Positions 53,701 through 63,785 of a stretch of 64,000 nt of DNA are shown one piece after another. This stretch comes from Nemertoderma westbladi. Lineage: Eukaryota > Animalia > Xenacoelomorpha. The position numbers and the translations under genes were made by a program. Under the pieces are notes generated by a model. That model worked only from the letters and a program-made list of their open reading frames with translations. It had not been told where the DNA came from and searched no databases. Numbering within the stretch: position 1 is the first letter of the stretch; every line of letters starts with the position of its first letter. Location of the stretch: positions 1-64,000 of the forward strand of contig JAUCBJ010005613.1 of NCBI GenBank assembly GCA_032718475.1. The letters are read 5' to 3'.

Positions 53701-56700
53701 TTCACTATGCCAAGTACAATGCACAGATCTCCAACCAGGCATTATATAACATTGGAGGTGTCTCATTGGTTCCCCCAACACTAGAACAAAATCGCCTCCG
53801 CTTTGCAGGACATTGCTTTCGCCGTGAGCACCAGCCAGTGCATAATCTTGTGCTTATGGCGGCCTCATGGAGTGAATAAGCATGGTGGACAGCCCATGAC
53901 TTTCTTGAGTGAGACGCATCTTAAAGGACACTGGCCTTGAAGATGCGGATGATCTAGCAAATGTCATGGGTGATAGGGAGTTGTGGCAGAGCAATTTTGT
54001 CGACAACACAGAACAGCATTCTTAATATACATGTAAAATATATATATGTAATATATATATAATGCAGCTGCAATGCAGCATGCCGATCGTAGTAGTAGTA
54101 GTTCACTATGCCAAGTACAATGCACACATCTCCAACCAGACGCTATATAACATTGGAGGCGTCTCTCATTGGTTCCCCCACCCTTGACACTAGAACAAAG
54201 CCGACTCCGCTTTGCAGGACATTGCTTTCGCCGTGAGGACCAGCCAGTGCATAATCTTGTACTTTGGAGGCCTCATGGAGTGAATAAGCATGGTGGACAG
54301 CCCATGAATTTCATGAGACGCATCCTGAAGGACACTGGCTTTGAAGATGCGGATGATCTAGCAAATGTCATGGGTGATATGGAGTTGTGGTACAGTATTA
54401 AACCGAAACAAGCACGATGAACTGGAGCTCTCACAATTCGCCCCCTAGCGGCAGACAGAGGGACTGTAAAAGTCTGTCTGTGTGTATAATTTTAATTAAG
54501 CAATGCTCGTAAAGTTACCACTGCCAAATTTCCGATGAATCAGATGGTTGGTTCTATAATTACAGCTACTTTTACATTTTGCCAATTCGCCCCCTAGCGA
54601 CAGACATAGGAACTATAGTCTGCCTGTGTGTAGAATTTTTAAACTTTTGATAGACTACATGTGTTGTGTACCAAGGATTTTGTCGACAAGCCGGCAAAGC
54701 ATTCTTAAAAATGCAGTTGCAATGCAGCATGCCGATCCTAGTAGTATTAGTTCGCTACCAGAACAAAGAGAAGGTGAACTCAATTGTCATACCAGATAGT
54801 AATGATAGTGGGGAAGATGAATCTGATAATATTTTACCCAATATTATTGCTACCATTAAGGCTCATTGTTGTTCCTGAACAACATTCATTAAAAATATTC
54901 AAATAATAAAAAAAATAAATTTTTTGGCAGTAATGTGTTATTTTAGACTGTTTACAGTTTATCTAACCTAAATTTTTTTTTAAACCAGTAAAAATAATTC
55001 GAGCAGCAAATGGTTAAACTGATTTGTTGGTACTATTAGAGAGCTGCCCATGCAAGGTTTACAAATATGTAAAAACATTTGAATTTGGTTGCGAAATAGC
55101 TGAGATATGTTCAAATATGCGTTCTAATATTGCATGATTTTGCACCTGCGCTAGGCTACTTTATTCTATTTAATAAATTCATAATATTCTGGAACATACT
55201 CAAGCACTGTTGATTGTGATCGGGCTCTGGGTAGTTTACCGCTCACGCAAAGGTGAGTGTGAACGGGCTCTGGGTAGTATACCGCTCACGCAGAGGTGAG
55301 TGTGAACGGGCGCTGGGTAGTTTACCGCTCACGTACAGGTGAGTGTGAACGGGCTCTGGGTAGTATACCGCTCACGCAGAGGTGAGTGTGAACGGGCGCT
55401 GGGTAGTTTACCGCTCACGTACAGGTGAGTGTGAACGGGCTCTGGGTAGTTTACCGCTCACGTACAGGTGAGTGTGAACGGGCTCTGGGTAGTATACCGC
55501 TCACGCAGAGGTGAGTGTGAACGGGCTCTGGGTAGTTTACCGCTCACTCAAAGGTTGGTGTGAACGGGCTCTGGGTAGTTTACCGCTCACGCACAGGTGA
55601 GTGTGAACGGGCTCTGGGTAGTTTACCGCTCACGCACAGGTGAGTGTGAACGGGCTCTGGGTAGTTTACCGCTCACGCACAGGTGAGTGTGAACGGGCTC
55701 TGGGTAGTTTACCGCTCACGCACAGGTGAGTGTGAACGGGCTCTGGGTAGTTTACCGCTCACGCACAGGTGAGTGTGAACGAGCTCTGGGTAGTTTACCG
55801 CTCACGTACAGGTGAGTGTGAACGGGCTCTGGGTAGTTTACCGCTCACTCAAAGGTTAGTGTGAACGGGCTCTGGGTAGTTTACCGCTCACGTACAGGTG
55901 AGTGTGAACGGGTCTTTATAAAGGGAAATAAATTCCCTTAGATCCGGATTTGCACCTATAAATATCAGTGATCAGATCATTGAATGTCCACAATTGGCAT
56001 ATCGCTGTTTGTGGTCGGCATCTGATGCATTGAAGTCGCATTCTTCTATTAGGTCTAATAACTGTAACAATTAAATGTGTTGATAATGTATTGGAAACAT
56101 ATTTAATTATTTTTCTGAATAAAAATATATATGTATTTTATGTATTTTTTCTTTTATATTTATTCGACGCAAGTATCAGCTGATTACTCTCAAAAGTAAA
56201 ACTGTAACCTGTTCTATTGTGTTTAGTTTGTTGTTTTGGTTAAAATAACGTGCCACTGTAACGCTCCTTACCCTAAATTGAGAATTTATCATTGAGGCGG
56301 GGTATTAATTCGCCAAGACTGGATTTGCGTCCACTCTCACCCCTGTCTCCCTGTGCTTCTCCCAACAATATAAAATTTATACTTACTTCGGGCTTGGTTT
56401 CACTAAGACAAGAAGTTGTGTGAGACATATACTCTTCATATTTGCTGATACTGCAGCTGGAAAATCTTTCTGCCCATCTGAAATTATTAAATGAATAAAA
56501 CTAATCCTGATTGCGCAATTTATTTACTATGAAAGAAATGGGAAATTAAGGATGCGTGGGTGAATAAGCAATGTTATAATTGATAATTAATAATAATTAA
56601 TTTATTTCCAAAATCGAATAAACCCAACTATAACAGAACTTATTTACTCACACATGTGAACCGGGTGTGTCATTCATTACACAATAGCGTTTGCCTTGGA

Positions 56701-59700
56701 ATGGATCCGGTTGGGCGTCGCATTCGCAGTCATCAGTATCATGGTCGAAAGCCAAGGTGTGACCGAGCTCATGGGACATGGTAGCAGCGACGACCTTGGG
56801 TAACTGCCAGGCGGGAGTTAGAACAACTCCTCCACCCTGATCATCACAAAGTACTGGATTAGATGTCCCTCCATTGGTATCGTAATCACTGAAATTATTA
56901 ATCAAATCAAATGCAATTATCCTGTCGTACAATTTAAATAATAAATAGTCGTAAATAATATTTTTTCCCTCGGGAAATCCGCTGAATCATGGTTACGTGG
57001 TTACCATGGTTACGTGTAAGCAGTGATTTTTAACGATAAATAATGATATAATTGTTCGTAATGATCTCAAGTGTTATTTTGTTTTGTTACATTACGGTCG
57101 TTTGTTACATTATTTATGACTTACTGAATTACTTAATTTACAATGTCTAATTCCGTACAATGCGATTAACTACAACAGTTGCTATTTGTTTAATTATCAT
57201 GTTTTCGAAGTCCAGTAAGACTGTGTAAAATTTCTCAAGTAAAACTTTAACAGCAAACCGTTGATACAGACAGGACGCTGTTAAGTAGCCGTAATGTAAA
57301 AAAAAAACGATAATGTGTGACTGGAAAAGCATGCCGGCGTCTGTGAGCATGTCCCAAATTAATATGGGTTTAGTCATTTAGTTTATGAAAAATGAAATTA
57401 CCTAATTAAAACTGCAGCATCAATTTCCCAGTCACCATCAGCTTTCTTCTTATCAACATAATCAACAAAATTATCCAGGATTTCCTTTTTGAATGCGGCG
57501 ACATCGGTCTTCGTGTAGGGATATGCAATATAGTCTCTATCGTGCCATAATTCCACACGAACTGCTACAAAAACGACATTGATATCTTCATAGTTCTGTG
57601 GAAATAATCGTTATTCATAATTCTATAGTATGTTATGAAAGTTAATTAATAATTAATATAAGAATAAAAGTTGAATGAAGAATACGTATGCAATAACCAG
57701 TAAGGTTTAAGGAACGAAGTGGAACGAATAAACACTAATTGTTTATAACGAAATCAAAATATAAACAGCCATATGATCTTGACGGTCATGACTTTTCTAT
57801 TCCCAATAATAATTAATTAATAAACAATAATAATTTAGCAAGCTCATCATTTTTTAATAATTCGCAGCGCAAATATATTATTTAAGGAATATTAATTCAC
57901 TTACCCGGTTTAAAGCTGCTATACTCGCTTCCACAGTGTGAGATACTGATTTTGTAACATCTTGAGTAAAATATCGAGAATCTTTCGGGGTCCATACGTG
58001 AAACTAATAATAATAATTAAACAATTAGTTGAAAGTTAATTAATAAAGAAGTAAGATTTTCTTCTCCAGGGATTACACACAAAGTCCGACGACTTATTTC
58101 CAGTTCGGTCCCCCAGAACTGTACTTCCCAGAGGAAACTCTAGTACTCATTTAGCTACCACTATAGGAACCCATGCAAGCATGCAACCTATTTCATAATT
58201 TGATTGGTTGGTTTGCGTGAGCGAATTTGATTGATTGGTTGGAGTGGTGATCACGTTGGTTGGTGTGTTCCCCTTTCCCCTTTTAGCTACTTGCAAGACT
58301 GTATGAGATACGCCCTGGCTAGACCCTTTAACCCTATTAAACTCGGAGGGGGGGGGGGGGGGGGGGGGGGGGGTTGTTACACCGGTTTTTCGGCGTTCGC
58401 AATAAGATGAAATTCATATAAAATAAGAGAGAAATTTCAAACTTGATTTTTTCGGCGTGTGCCAAATTTTGGTGCCGGCACCGAATTTTGAAATACGTCA
58501 ATTTTGTAAATTCATTGTTAAAACCTGTTTTTTTGCGCAACAAAGGTTTTTTGAGTTTTTGGTATCGATGGAATATATACGAGTTGCACAAGGCGTATTA
58601 AACTTGTATTTTTCGTTGCTTTGTTCAAAATTTGGTGCCAGCTCGAAATTTTGAAAATCCGTTCAACAGTTCAATTGATTGTGGCAGCTTATTTCTCGCA
58701 TTTAAGAGGTTTATGGAATTATTATCTAACTAGACGTCTCAAACTTATATTTTTTGGAAGCAGATGCAAAATTTTTGTGTTAAAACCAAAATTTGAAATC
58801 CATCAAATACTGTATATCAATTGATTGTGTCACCTTGTCTCTTACTTTATATGGGTTTGTGAGGGTTGCAAATTCAATGGAATAAGTAAAAATTGCATAA
58901 GAGTTCTTAAACTTGTATTTTTCGGCGGTGGTTTAAAAATTATTGCGTCAGCACCAAATTCATGAAAATAACAACTTGATCAATAGATAGCATCATCCTT
59001 TTTCTTGCTTTATACGCGTTTATGAAACCGATGGAATCATTAAAAACAGCGCTAGACATCTCAAACTTGTACATTTTGGTGATATGTACGAAATTTGGTG
59101 CTATAGCACCAATATTTGTCATATTACGCCGCGAAGTACGAGTAGCAATAATCTGAAAAATTAGAAATATATTTGATTATAATCAGAACCCCAGAAAACC
59201 TGAAAATTTGACTTTTTTGCATCGTATAAGTCAATTAAACTTTTTTTCTTTAAACTGAAAACTGCTGGTTACATGTTTTAGAGGAAAAAAACTTCCATTT
59301 ATAACTAACAGATCATTTTAAAAATTTCTTCCAATGAATTCAATGCCCCAGAAAGCCTGTATTAAAAAAAGACTAGCGGAAAATTCTAACGAAAAATTTT
59401 TTTCAATCCGATTCAGACTAATGAAATCTGGGGTTAATATGACATTGTACAACTTTAAACCCCGGTATTAATAAAATAATTCGTGTCGTGGGTGGAACGG
59501 GTCGATGCTGGGATCGAACCCACAACTTCCGGACCAACCACCACACCAAGATGGAACTTAATGAGGGGCTTTAATAAGTAATAGACTACATAACCATTAT
59601 TGCATGCTCTTCGTTTGCTTTAAAAAAATGTAAAAAATCAACATTTTTTCTCCTCAGCGCAGGGCGAAAAATTAACAATTGTATTAAAAAGTTAAAAATT

Positions 59701-61796
59701 ATAACTCCATAGATAGAACAATCGTCAATAAATTTGAAATTCAAGGTGATGGGTAGAGGAGATATTGTCTCAGTGGATATCGCAATGGCTATAGTTTGTT
59801 ATAATGTGTTGTATGTAGCTTACACTAACATGGTGAACTTTATGCTACACATGCAGTAATCACGGATTCAGGATCGTTTGCTGTGGATACTTACACAAGA
59901 GTGGTCACAAACTACGGCTAGTCGAACATATTTCCTTGGTAATTCCCTCTTCACGACTCCAGAAGATGATCTATAAGATTAATTGTAATTAGTTTACAAT
60001 TTTATCTATCGACATAAGAAACTTAAATCTTAGCCTATTAATTAATATTATATTATTGCGTCACAAAATACTTGTAATGCGGCAATTAACTTGATTGATA
60101 ACGACTATTGAAAGCGACAAAAATCAATAAATTGCACATAAAACCCTGTAAGTACAATGTAAGTACAATGTAAGTACAATGTAAGTACAATGTAAGTACA
60201 ATGTAAGTACAATGTAAGTACAATGTAAGTACAATGTAAGTACAATGTAAGTACAATGTAGTAGTAGTAGTACAATGTAAGTACAATGTAAGTACAATGT
60301 AAGTACAATGTAAGTACAATGTAAGTACAATGTAAGTACAATGTAAGTACAATGTAAGTACAATGTAAGTACAATGTAAGTACAATGTAGTAGTAGTAGT
60401 ACAATGTAAGTACAATGTAAGTACAATGTAAGTACAATGTAAGTACAATGTAAGTACAATGTAAGTACAATGTAAGTACAATGTAGTAGTAGTAGTACAA
60501 TGTAAGTACAATGTAAGTACAATGTAAGTACAATGTAAGTACAATGTAAGTACAATGTAAGTACAATGTAACCTAGTAGTCGACCTAGTAGTAGTACAAT
60601 GTAAAAAATGATTGTAATTGAATTCGCGTGGTTTTTGGCTCCACCAAAATCTTTATTAAATCAGTGACTTTTGTACAATTACGTTCAATGGTGTAAAGTG
60701 AACTAAGAGTAATCAATATCTACAATAAGTGTCGGGAAAACATTAAATAATATAAAAAAGACAACGACACTAAATGCAATAATTGCATTTATTATTGCAT
60801 TTTATGCTCAAAGACTTTTAAATGATAATCAAACGCTCGTAGCTAAAGAATTAAGGCGAAATTATAAATTCTGGCTCACCCAGCAGGATGAGGGAGGTAA
60901 AATTATCTTTCTTTCAAATTTCATGTAATATCATTAAGAATTGTAGAAAAATTGGGGGGTCTAGCTACCTTTAACGACACTCATATTCCAGGACATGGTG
61001 TACAAACTTAACATCATAAGTATGCACCTGCGGCTGTCTCTTCAACGCAAAATAAATACAGTTCGCAATCAGCCATGTTAATCAGCCGGCATTCATTATC
61101 AAAATACAGTAGCATTTTAGCAATGGTTTTCATAGCGAGGAGCCTTCGGGTTGCTTCTGGTGTTTTGTGTTTTAGGGTCATTGTTAATTTCTCCTCTTTT
61201 TCATTAGATCTTTGTCTTGTAAGCAATAAGTTTGAGGATAAGACTGACGTTATGTTGCTTAAAGTAATGCCCGAGTAGGCTCTAGGCTTATATGAATGTA
61301 TGTATGTATATTCGATTTTATTGTTGAATGTAATGGGTGAATTTCCTCATCCAAAACCCCTTGGTTTTGGATGGCATTTCATTGTTAGAAGCTATTCATT
61401 AGTCTGTCTGTGTGAAAATCTGTCTGATTCATGTCATCAATTACTCAATTATATGTTGTTACACAAGTACAAATCGATGTCTCTCAAACTTTTCATAATG
61501 GGTTTCTGAAGCAAATAGTTATAATAGAATTAACAAGATATAATTACATTTGGTTGTATGTAGTCTCTCTCTTCTTACTGTAAATTTAAATAACTGTAAA
61601 AGTAAAATAAAAATGATGTAACATACGAACTTTGTTTTATAACTTACCCGAGATCTGGCACCTGATCAACATTGATCTCTTTCCCTAGCGGTTTAGCATT
61701 TATATTTTCTATATCATCAATTACCTCCCCGGCTTTATCCAAAGGAGATCCCGATACTAGGAGTGAAATACAAAACAGAGAAAAAACTCCCAACAT
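20665..61796 (-). CDS. ADAM/reprolysin (M12B) zinc metalloprotease gene, 12 coding exons, 511 aa: signal peptide, short pro-region, metalloprotease, shortened disintegrin, Cys-rich; apparently secreted
   Basis: Exons 61648-61796, 61548-61577, 59895-59970, 57905-58003, 57402-57595, 56652-56888, 56387-56477, 51975-52175, 45923-46034, 41618-41723, 30201-30402, 20665-20703; all GT-AG with matching phases, giving one open frame with domains in canonical order. Confidence 0.85.
20916..21452 (+). mobile_element. RTE-like LINE 3' fragment with (TAG)n tail
   Basis: Near-identical to the reverse complement of 16840-17372. Confidence 0.9.
21626..29872. repeat. 8.2-kb satellite of 19-bp TATAACTTATATGGGTATC units with 24/25-bp variants
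   Basis: Direct tandem repeat filling most of the last ADAM intron. Confidence 0.97.
30201..30402 (-). CDS. ADAM exon 11, Cys-rich domain
   Basis: [14 protein letters not shown]...KCATGK; CCAG acceptor, GTAAGC donor. Confidence 0.75.
30765..31769 (+). mobile_element. LINE ORF1 (CxxC...CxxC finger, Q/P-rich linker, coiled coil, RRM-like region), frameshifted near 31550
   Basis: 305-aa ORF; a second frame continues [18 protein letters not shown]...KPQNVG to a stop at about 31769, immediately before ORF2. Confidence 0.8.
31801..34803 (+). mobile_element. LINE ORF2: APE endonuclease + reverse transcriptase + C-terminal Cys/His finger, with frameshifts near 31870-31950 and 34040
   Basis: [75 protein letters not shown]. 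Confidence 0.93.
34804..35311 (+). mobile_element. LINE 3' UTR with an internal duplication and a (TAA)n tail
   Basis: Repeated TAACCGTAATTACATAA and ACCTTATATTT blocks; TAA repeats at 35293-35311. Confidence 0.65.
35525..35901. mobile_element. Palindromic foldback/MITE with about 150-bp arms
   Basis: Arms are reverse complements (TGTCAAGCACGTTAA..GTACCAAAGTATGTAA..CAACAAGACCTAGACGTT). Confidence 0.8.
36190..40880 (+). mobile_element. Decayed APE-RT LINE of a second family, interrupted at 37620-39512
   Basis: [35 protein letters not shown] and FVDD-type motifs across several frames; A-rich tail near 40861. Confidence 0.8.
37620..39512. mobile_element. Long-TIR DNA transposon, probably a non-autonomous P-superfamily element
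   Basis: TIRs of about 360-410 bp starting CATGA; 7-bp direct repeat GTCCGAT at 37613-37619 and 39513-39519; internal decayed peptide GFLTHKII...CQNC resembles the C-terminus of P transposases. Confidence 0.75.
41020..41612. repeat. 44-bp minisatellite abutting an ADAM splice donor
   Basis: About 13 copies of TATAAGTTTGAAATTTAGAATACCAAxTCCTCTAATTTTTATC. Confidence 0.95.
41618..41723 (-). CDS. ADAM exon 10, Cys-rich domain
   Basis: [15 protein letters not shown]...YKRCD; TTCCAG / GTAAGT. Confidence 0.85.
41765..42079. mobile_element. Palindromic element whose arms each contain a tRNA-like segment
   Basis: Imperfect inverted arms of about 115 bp with TTCGATC B-box-like motifs pointing outward. 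Confidence 0.6.
42309..42552. repeat. 15-bp minisatellite (GTTGCTGTAGTGCAC)n
   Basis: About 16 near-perfect copies. Confidence 0.97.
42631..43651. repeat. 41-bp minisatellite derived from RTE-like LINE coding sequence
   Basis: About 25 copies of GCCAGTCAGTGTCCTTTAAGAGGCTTCTTATGTAAGTCAAG. Confidence 0.95.
44152..44327. repeat. 44-bp tandem repeat, 4 copies
   Basis: GAGTTCCTATTGTCTGTCTGTCTACCAGTACAGTTGAAGTAACA. Confidence 0.9.
45923..46034 (-). CDS. ADAM exon 9, start of Cys-rich domain
   Basis: [30 protein letters not shown]; TGCAG / GTGAGT. Confidence 0.85.
47157..47298. repeat. AT-rich inverted repeat (MITE-like); related sequence at about 55010-55200
   Basis: TTTAATAAATACACAATGTTCTAGAACATTTTG ... 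CAAAATGTTCTAGAATATTGTGTATTTATTAAA. Confidence 0.65.
47543..48273. mobile_element. Non-autonomous element with a 140-bp terminal palindrome and an internal inverted repeat pair
   Basis: Palindrome 47543-47683 around a GAGCGAGCGCAGCGAG loop; TTGTTACATTATGTCAACTT (47691) is inverted relative to AAGTGGACATATAATAACAA (to 48273). Confidence 0.6.
48382..48617 (-). mobile_element. 3' LTR of the Gypsy element (about 236 bp)
   Basis: Minus-strand polypurine tract GGGAGGAGA followed by TGTGTGA...TGTTACA; far end is inferred. Confidence 0.6.
48801..50683 (-). mobile_element. Ty3/Gypsy pol, 5'-truncated: RNase H + integrase in an intact frame
   Basis: [51 protein letters not shown]. Confidence 0.95.
51975..52175 (-). 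CDS. ADAM exon 8, disintegrin-like domain
   Basis: [15 protein letters not shown]...CCNAQTC...CSGDSS; TTGTAG / GTAAGT. Confidence 0.9.
53197..54390 (+). mobile_element. Three head-to-tail RTE-like LINE 3' fragments
   Basis: RLRFAGHC..[11 protein letters not shown] three times; the first two end in (TAG)n; a further 3'-end remnant lies at 54677-54750. Confidence 0.9.
55221..55912. repeat. 43-bp hairpin-containing minisatellite, about 16 copies
   Basis: GGGCTCTGGGTAGTTTACCGCTCACGCACAGGTGAGTGTGAAC. Confidence 0.95.
55972..56061 (-). CDS. Candidate alternative terminal ADAM exon (29 aa + stop)
   Basis: TTGTTACAG acceptor in phase 0, matching the preceding donor; [29 protein letters not shown]-stop. 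Confidence 0.4.
   Translation of the reverse strand, partial: LLDLIEECDFNASDADHKQRYANCGHSMI
56387..56477 (-). CDS. ADAM exon 7, end of catalytic domain
   Basis: RFSSCSI...SCL; TTTCAG / GTAAGT. Confidence 0.88.
56652..56888 (-). CDS. ADAM exon 6, zinc-binding motif and Met-turn
   Basis: [16 protein letters not shown]...CEC...CVM. Confidence 0.93.
57402..57595 (-). CDS. ADAM exon 5, catalytic domain
   Basis: [22 protein letters not shown]...ILDNF...DAAVLI. Confidence 0.85.
57905..58003 (-). CDS. ADAM exon 4
   Basis: 99-bp phase 0/0 open exon with TTAG / GTAAGT. Confidence 0.75.
58328..59437. mobile_element. TTAA-flanked non-autonomous DNA transposon (piggyBac-like ends)
   Basis: TTAA-CCC ... 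GGG-TTAA boundaries, internal sub-repeats, related copy at about 16110-16630; TIR match beyond CCC/GGG is weak. Confidence 0.45.
59895..59970 (-). CDS. ADAM exon 3, pro/mature junction and first strand of the catalytic domain
   Basis: [21 protein letters not shown], matching the reprolysin KYVELxxVxD motif. Confidence 0.85.
60147..60570. repeat. 11-bp repeat (TGTAAGTACAA)n with recurring (TAG)n interruptions
   Basis: Direct tandem repeat. Confidence 0.97.
61548..61577 (-). CDS. ADAM exon 2, 30-bp microexon (KKRETTYNQ)
   Basis: TTTACAG / GTAATT, phase 2/2, so it could be skipped without changing frame. Confidence 0.55.
61648..61796 (-). CDS. ADAM exon 1, signal peptide
   Basis: [18 protein letters not shown]...; GTAAGT donor in phase 2. 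Confidence 0.78.
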
Positions 61797-62441
61797 CTTG
61801 TGAGTTTATTTTATAAACCACGGAAATAATTAAATTTAAAAATAGCAGTAATATAAAAATAATGGTATCTAGGATGCCATAATAGCCTTTATATAAAGAA
61901 AATACAGAAAGGCAGGAACTCCCAGAATAGCATGTAATTAGAAATTGAAAAATAATTGAATATAGAACACCAATACTCAGTGAATATAAAACTCCAAAGC
62001 GCCTATATTGGCGGGCTCTATTTCAATTATCTTTTCAATTATTAATTGTTGTAAATTATAGATTTTAACTTTGATGTCCTCTATTGCAACATCGATAGTT
62101 GTTGCGCTATAACTTTAAGTTTGAAAGAAGTTATTGATTATTTTTATATAAGAATTTATAGATATAACGAACTGTGTACGTAGGCCTAAGGCCTATCGGT
62201 TACAATCCCTGCTAGTGGTGTGTCAGAGGCAATTTGAGAGTAGGCGTAAGTTGTAACGTGGGATACGACTAAACCCTAATTATTTAGGTCACAATAACCG
62301 AAAAATTCGGCACCGCGGAATATTATTGTGGTCCTGTTTCGTTTGTTCTCTCAAACAGTTGTTAATGGAATAGATTCCAAGTGAGAACTGCTAACGACTT
62401 ACTTACTACTACTACTACTAGGTCGAACGAGCTCGGAGAAA

Positions 62442-62683
62442 ACTTATATGTATGTCGGATACGACTTATATTTATGTCGGACACGACTTATATGTATGTC
62501 GGACAAGACTTATATGTATGTCGGACACGACTTATATGTATTTCGGACACGACTTATATGTATTTCGGACACGACTTATATGTATGTCGGACACGACTTA
62601 TATGTATGTCCGACACGACTTATATGTATGTCGGACACGAATTATATGTATGTCGGACACGACTTATATGTATGTCGAACACG
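62442..62683. repeat. 22-bp minisatellite (ACACGACTTATATGTATGTCGG)n
   Basis: About 11 copies. Confidence 0.95.
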
Positions 62684-63558
62684 ATTGATTTACGGTTTCC
62701 ACAAAGTAATTGCTAATCTGTTTGTAACGTTAATGGCGATTTTGCCTCTGCGGTTCCCAAAAGTTTCTTATTATATAATTGTTAGATGGAATGTATGAGT
62801 TATAGACTGGATGTTCGTTTTCATTTAGCTTTGCCATCTAATAGGCACCACAGATTTAAGGAGTGGACATATTCCCTAACATTTATACAACATTGACATT
62901 GTTATTCTTTTCATTGTTTTCTGGGCTCGGATTTCAATCGAATGGCCAAATAATCCAGCACATTTAAATTGTCCGATTTTATTTTCGGTGCCAGAAAATT
63001 AGTGGAGCCACCTCCCTAACAGACTTAAGCTAACTTGCTGCAATTATTCTCGAGTTGTGTTTTACAGAGTAGCCTGGTGAGACAACATACAGCATTAAAT
63101 ATGTGTAATACCGTTTCAGGTTTCAGAGTGAAAATATTGCTGAATTTACAATCTCATAAGATTTCTGAATCCCTTTCGTGTCCCTATGGTATTAGGATCG
63201 CCACTCTAACAGGAAATTTTCGTAAAAACACAATAAATCTTGTACTTACTTGCCTTCCAAACTACCATTAGTTGTGTACATCGATATTAAACTTAATTAT
63301 CATCGCCTGTGTAATAACCCGAGTTTGTTGTTCAGTTGGTCAATATGATATTTAATATGTTCACGTGTGGTTGATGTAGAGAGAGATGAGAACATTTATT
63401 TGAATATGTTCTCTATATGCAATGCATCAGGTCTCTGTGTTTCTTCTTCACATCGGTAACATTTACTGGTCTTATATGGAATGATGTCGGTTCAACCAGT
63501 TTAGCACTATTGTCGTCTACTGCAATCACGGAATCAGCAATAAATTAAAAAAACAACG

Positions 63559-63785
63559 TCAAACATAGTATCAAACATAGTATCAAACATAGTATCAAAC
63601 ATAGTATCAAACATAGTATCAAACATAGTATCAAACATAGTATCAAACATAGTATCAAACATAGTATCAAACATAGTATCAAACATAGTATCAAACATAG
63701 TATCAAACATAGTATCAAACATAGTATCAAACATAGTATCAAACATAGTATCAAACATAGTATCAAACATAGTATCAAACATAGT
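63559..63785. repeat. 12-bp repeat (TCAAACATAGTA)n
   Basis: About 19 perfect copies. Confidence 0.97.

Noticed and set aside
55221-55912. CRISPR-like hairpin repeats
   Set aside because: No unique spacers, no cas genes, eukaryotic context
60086-63782. ORFs in the 11-, 22- and 12-bp arrays
   Set aside because: Repeat translations only
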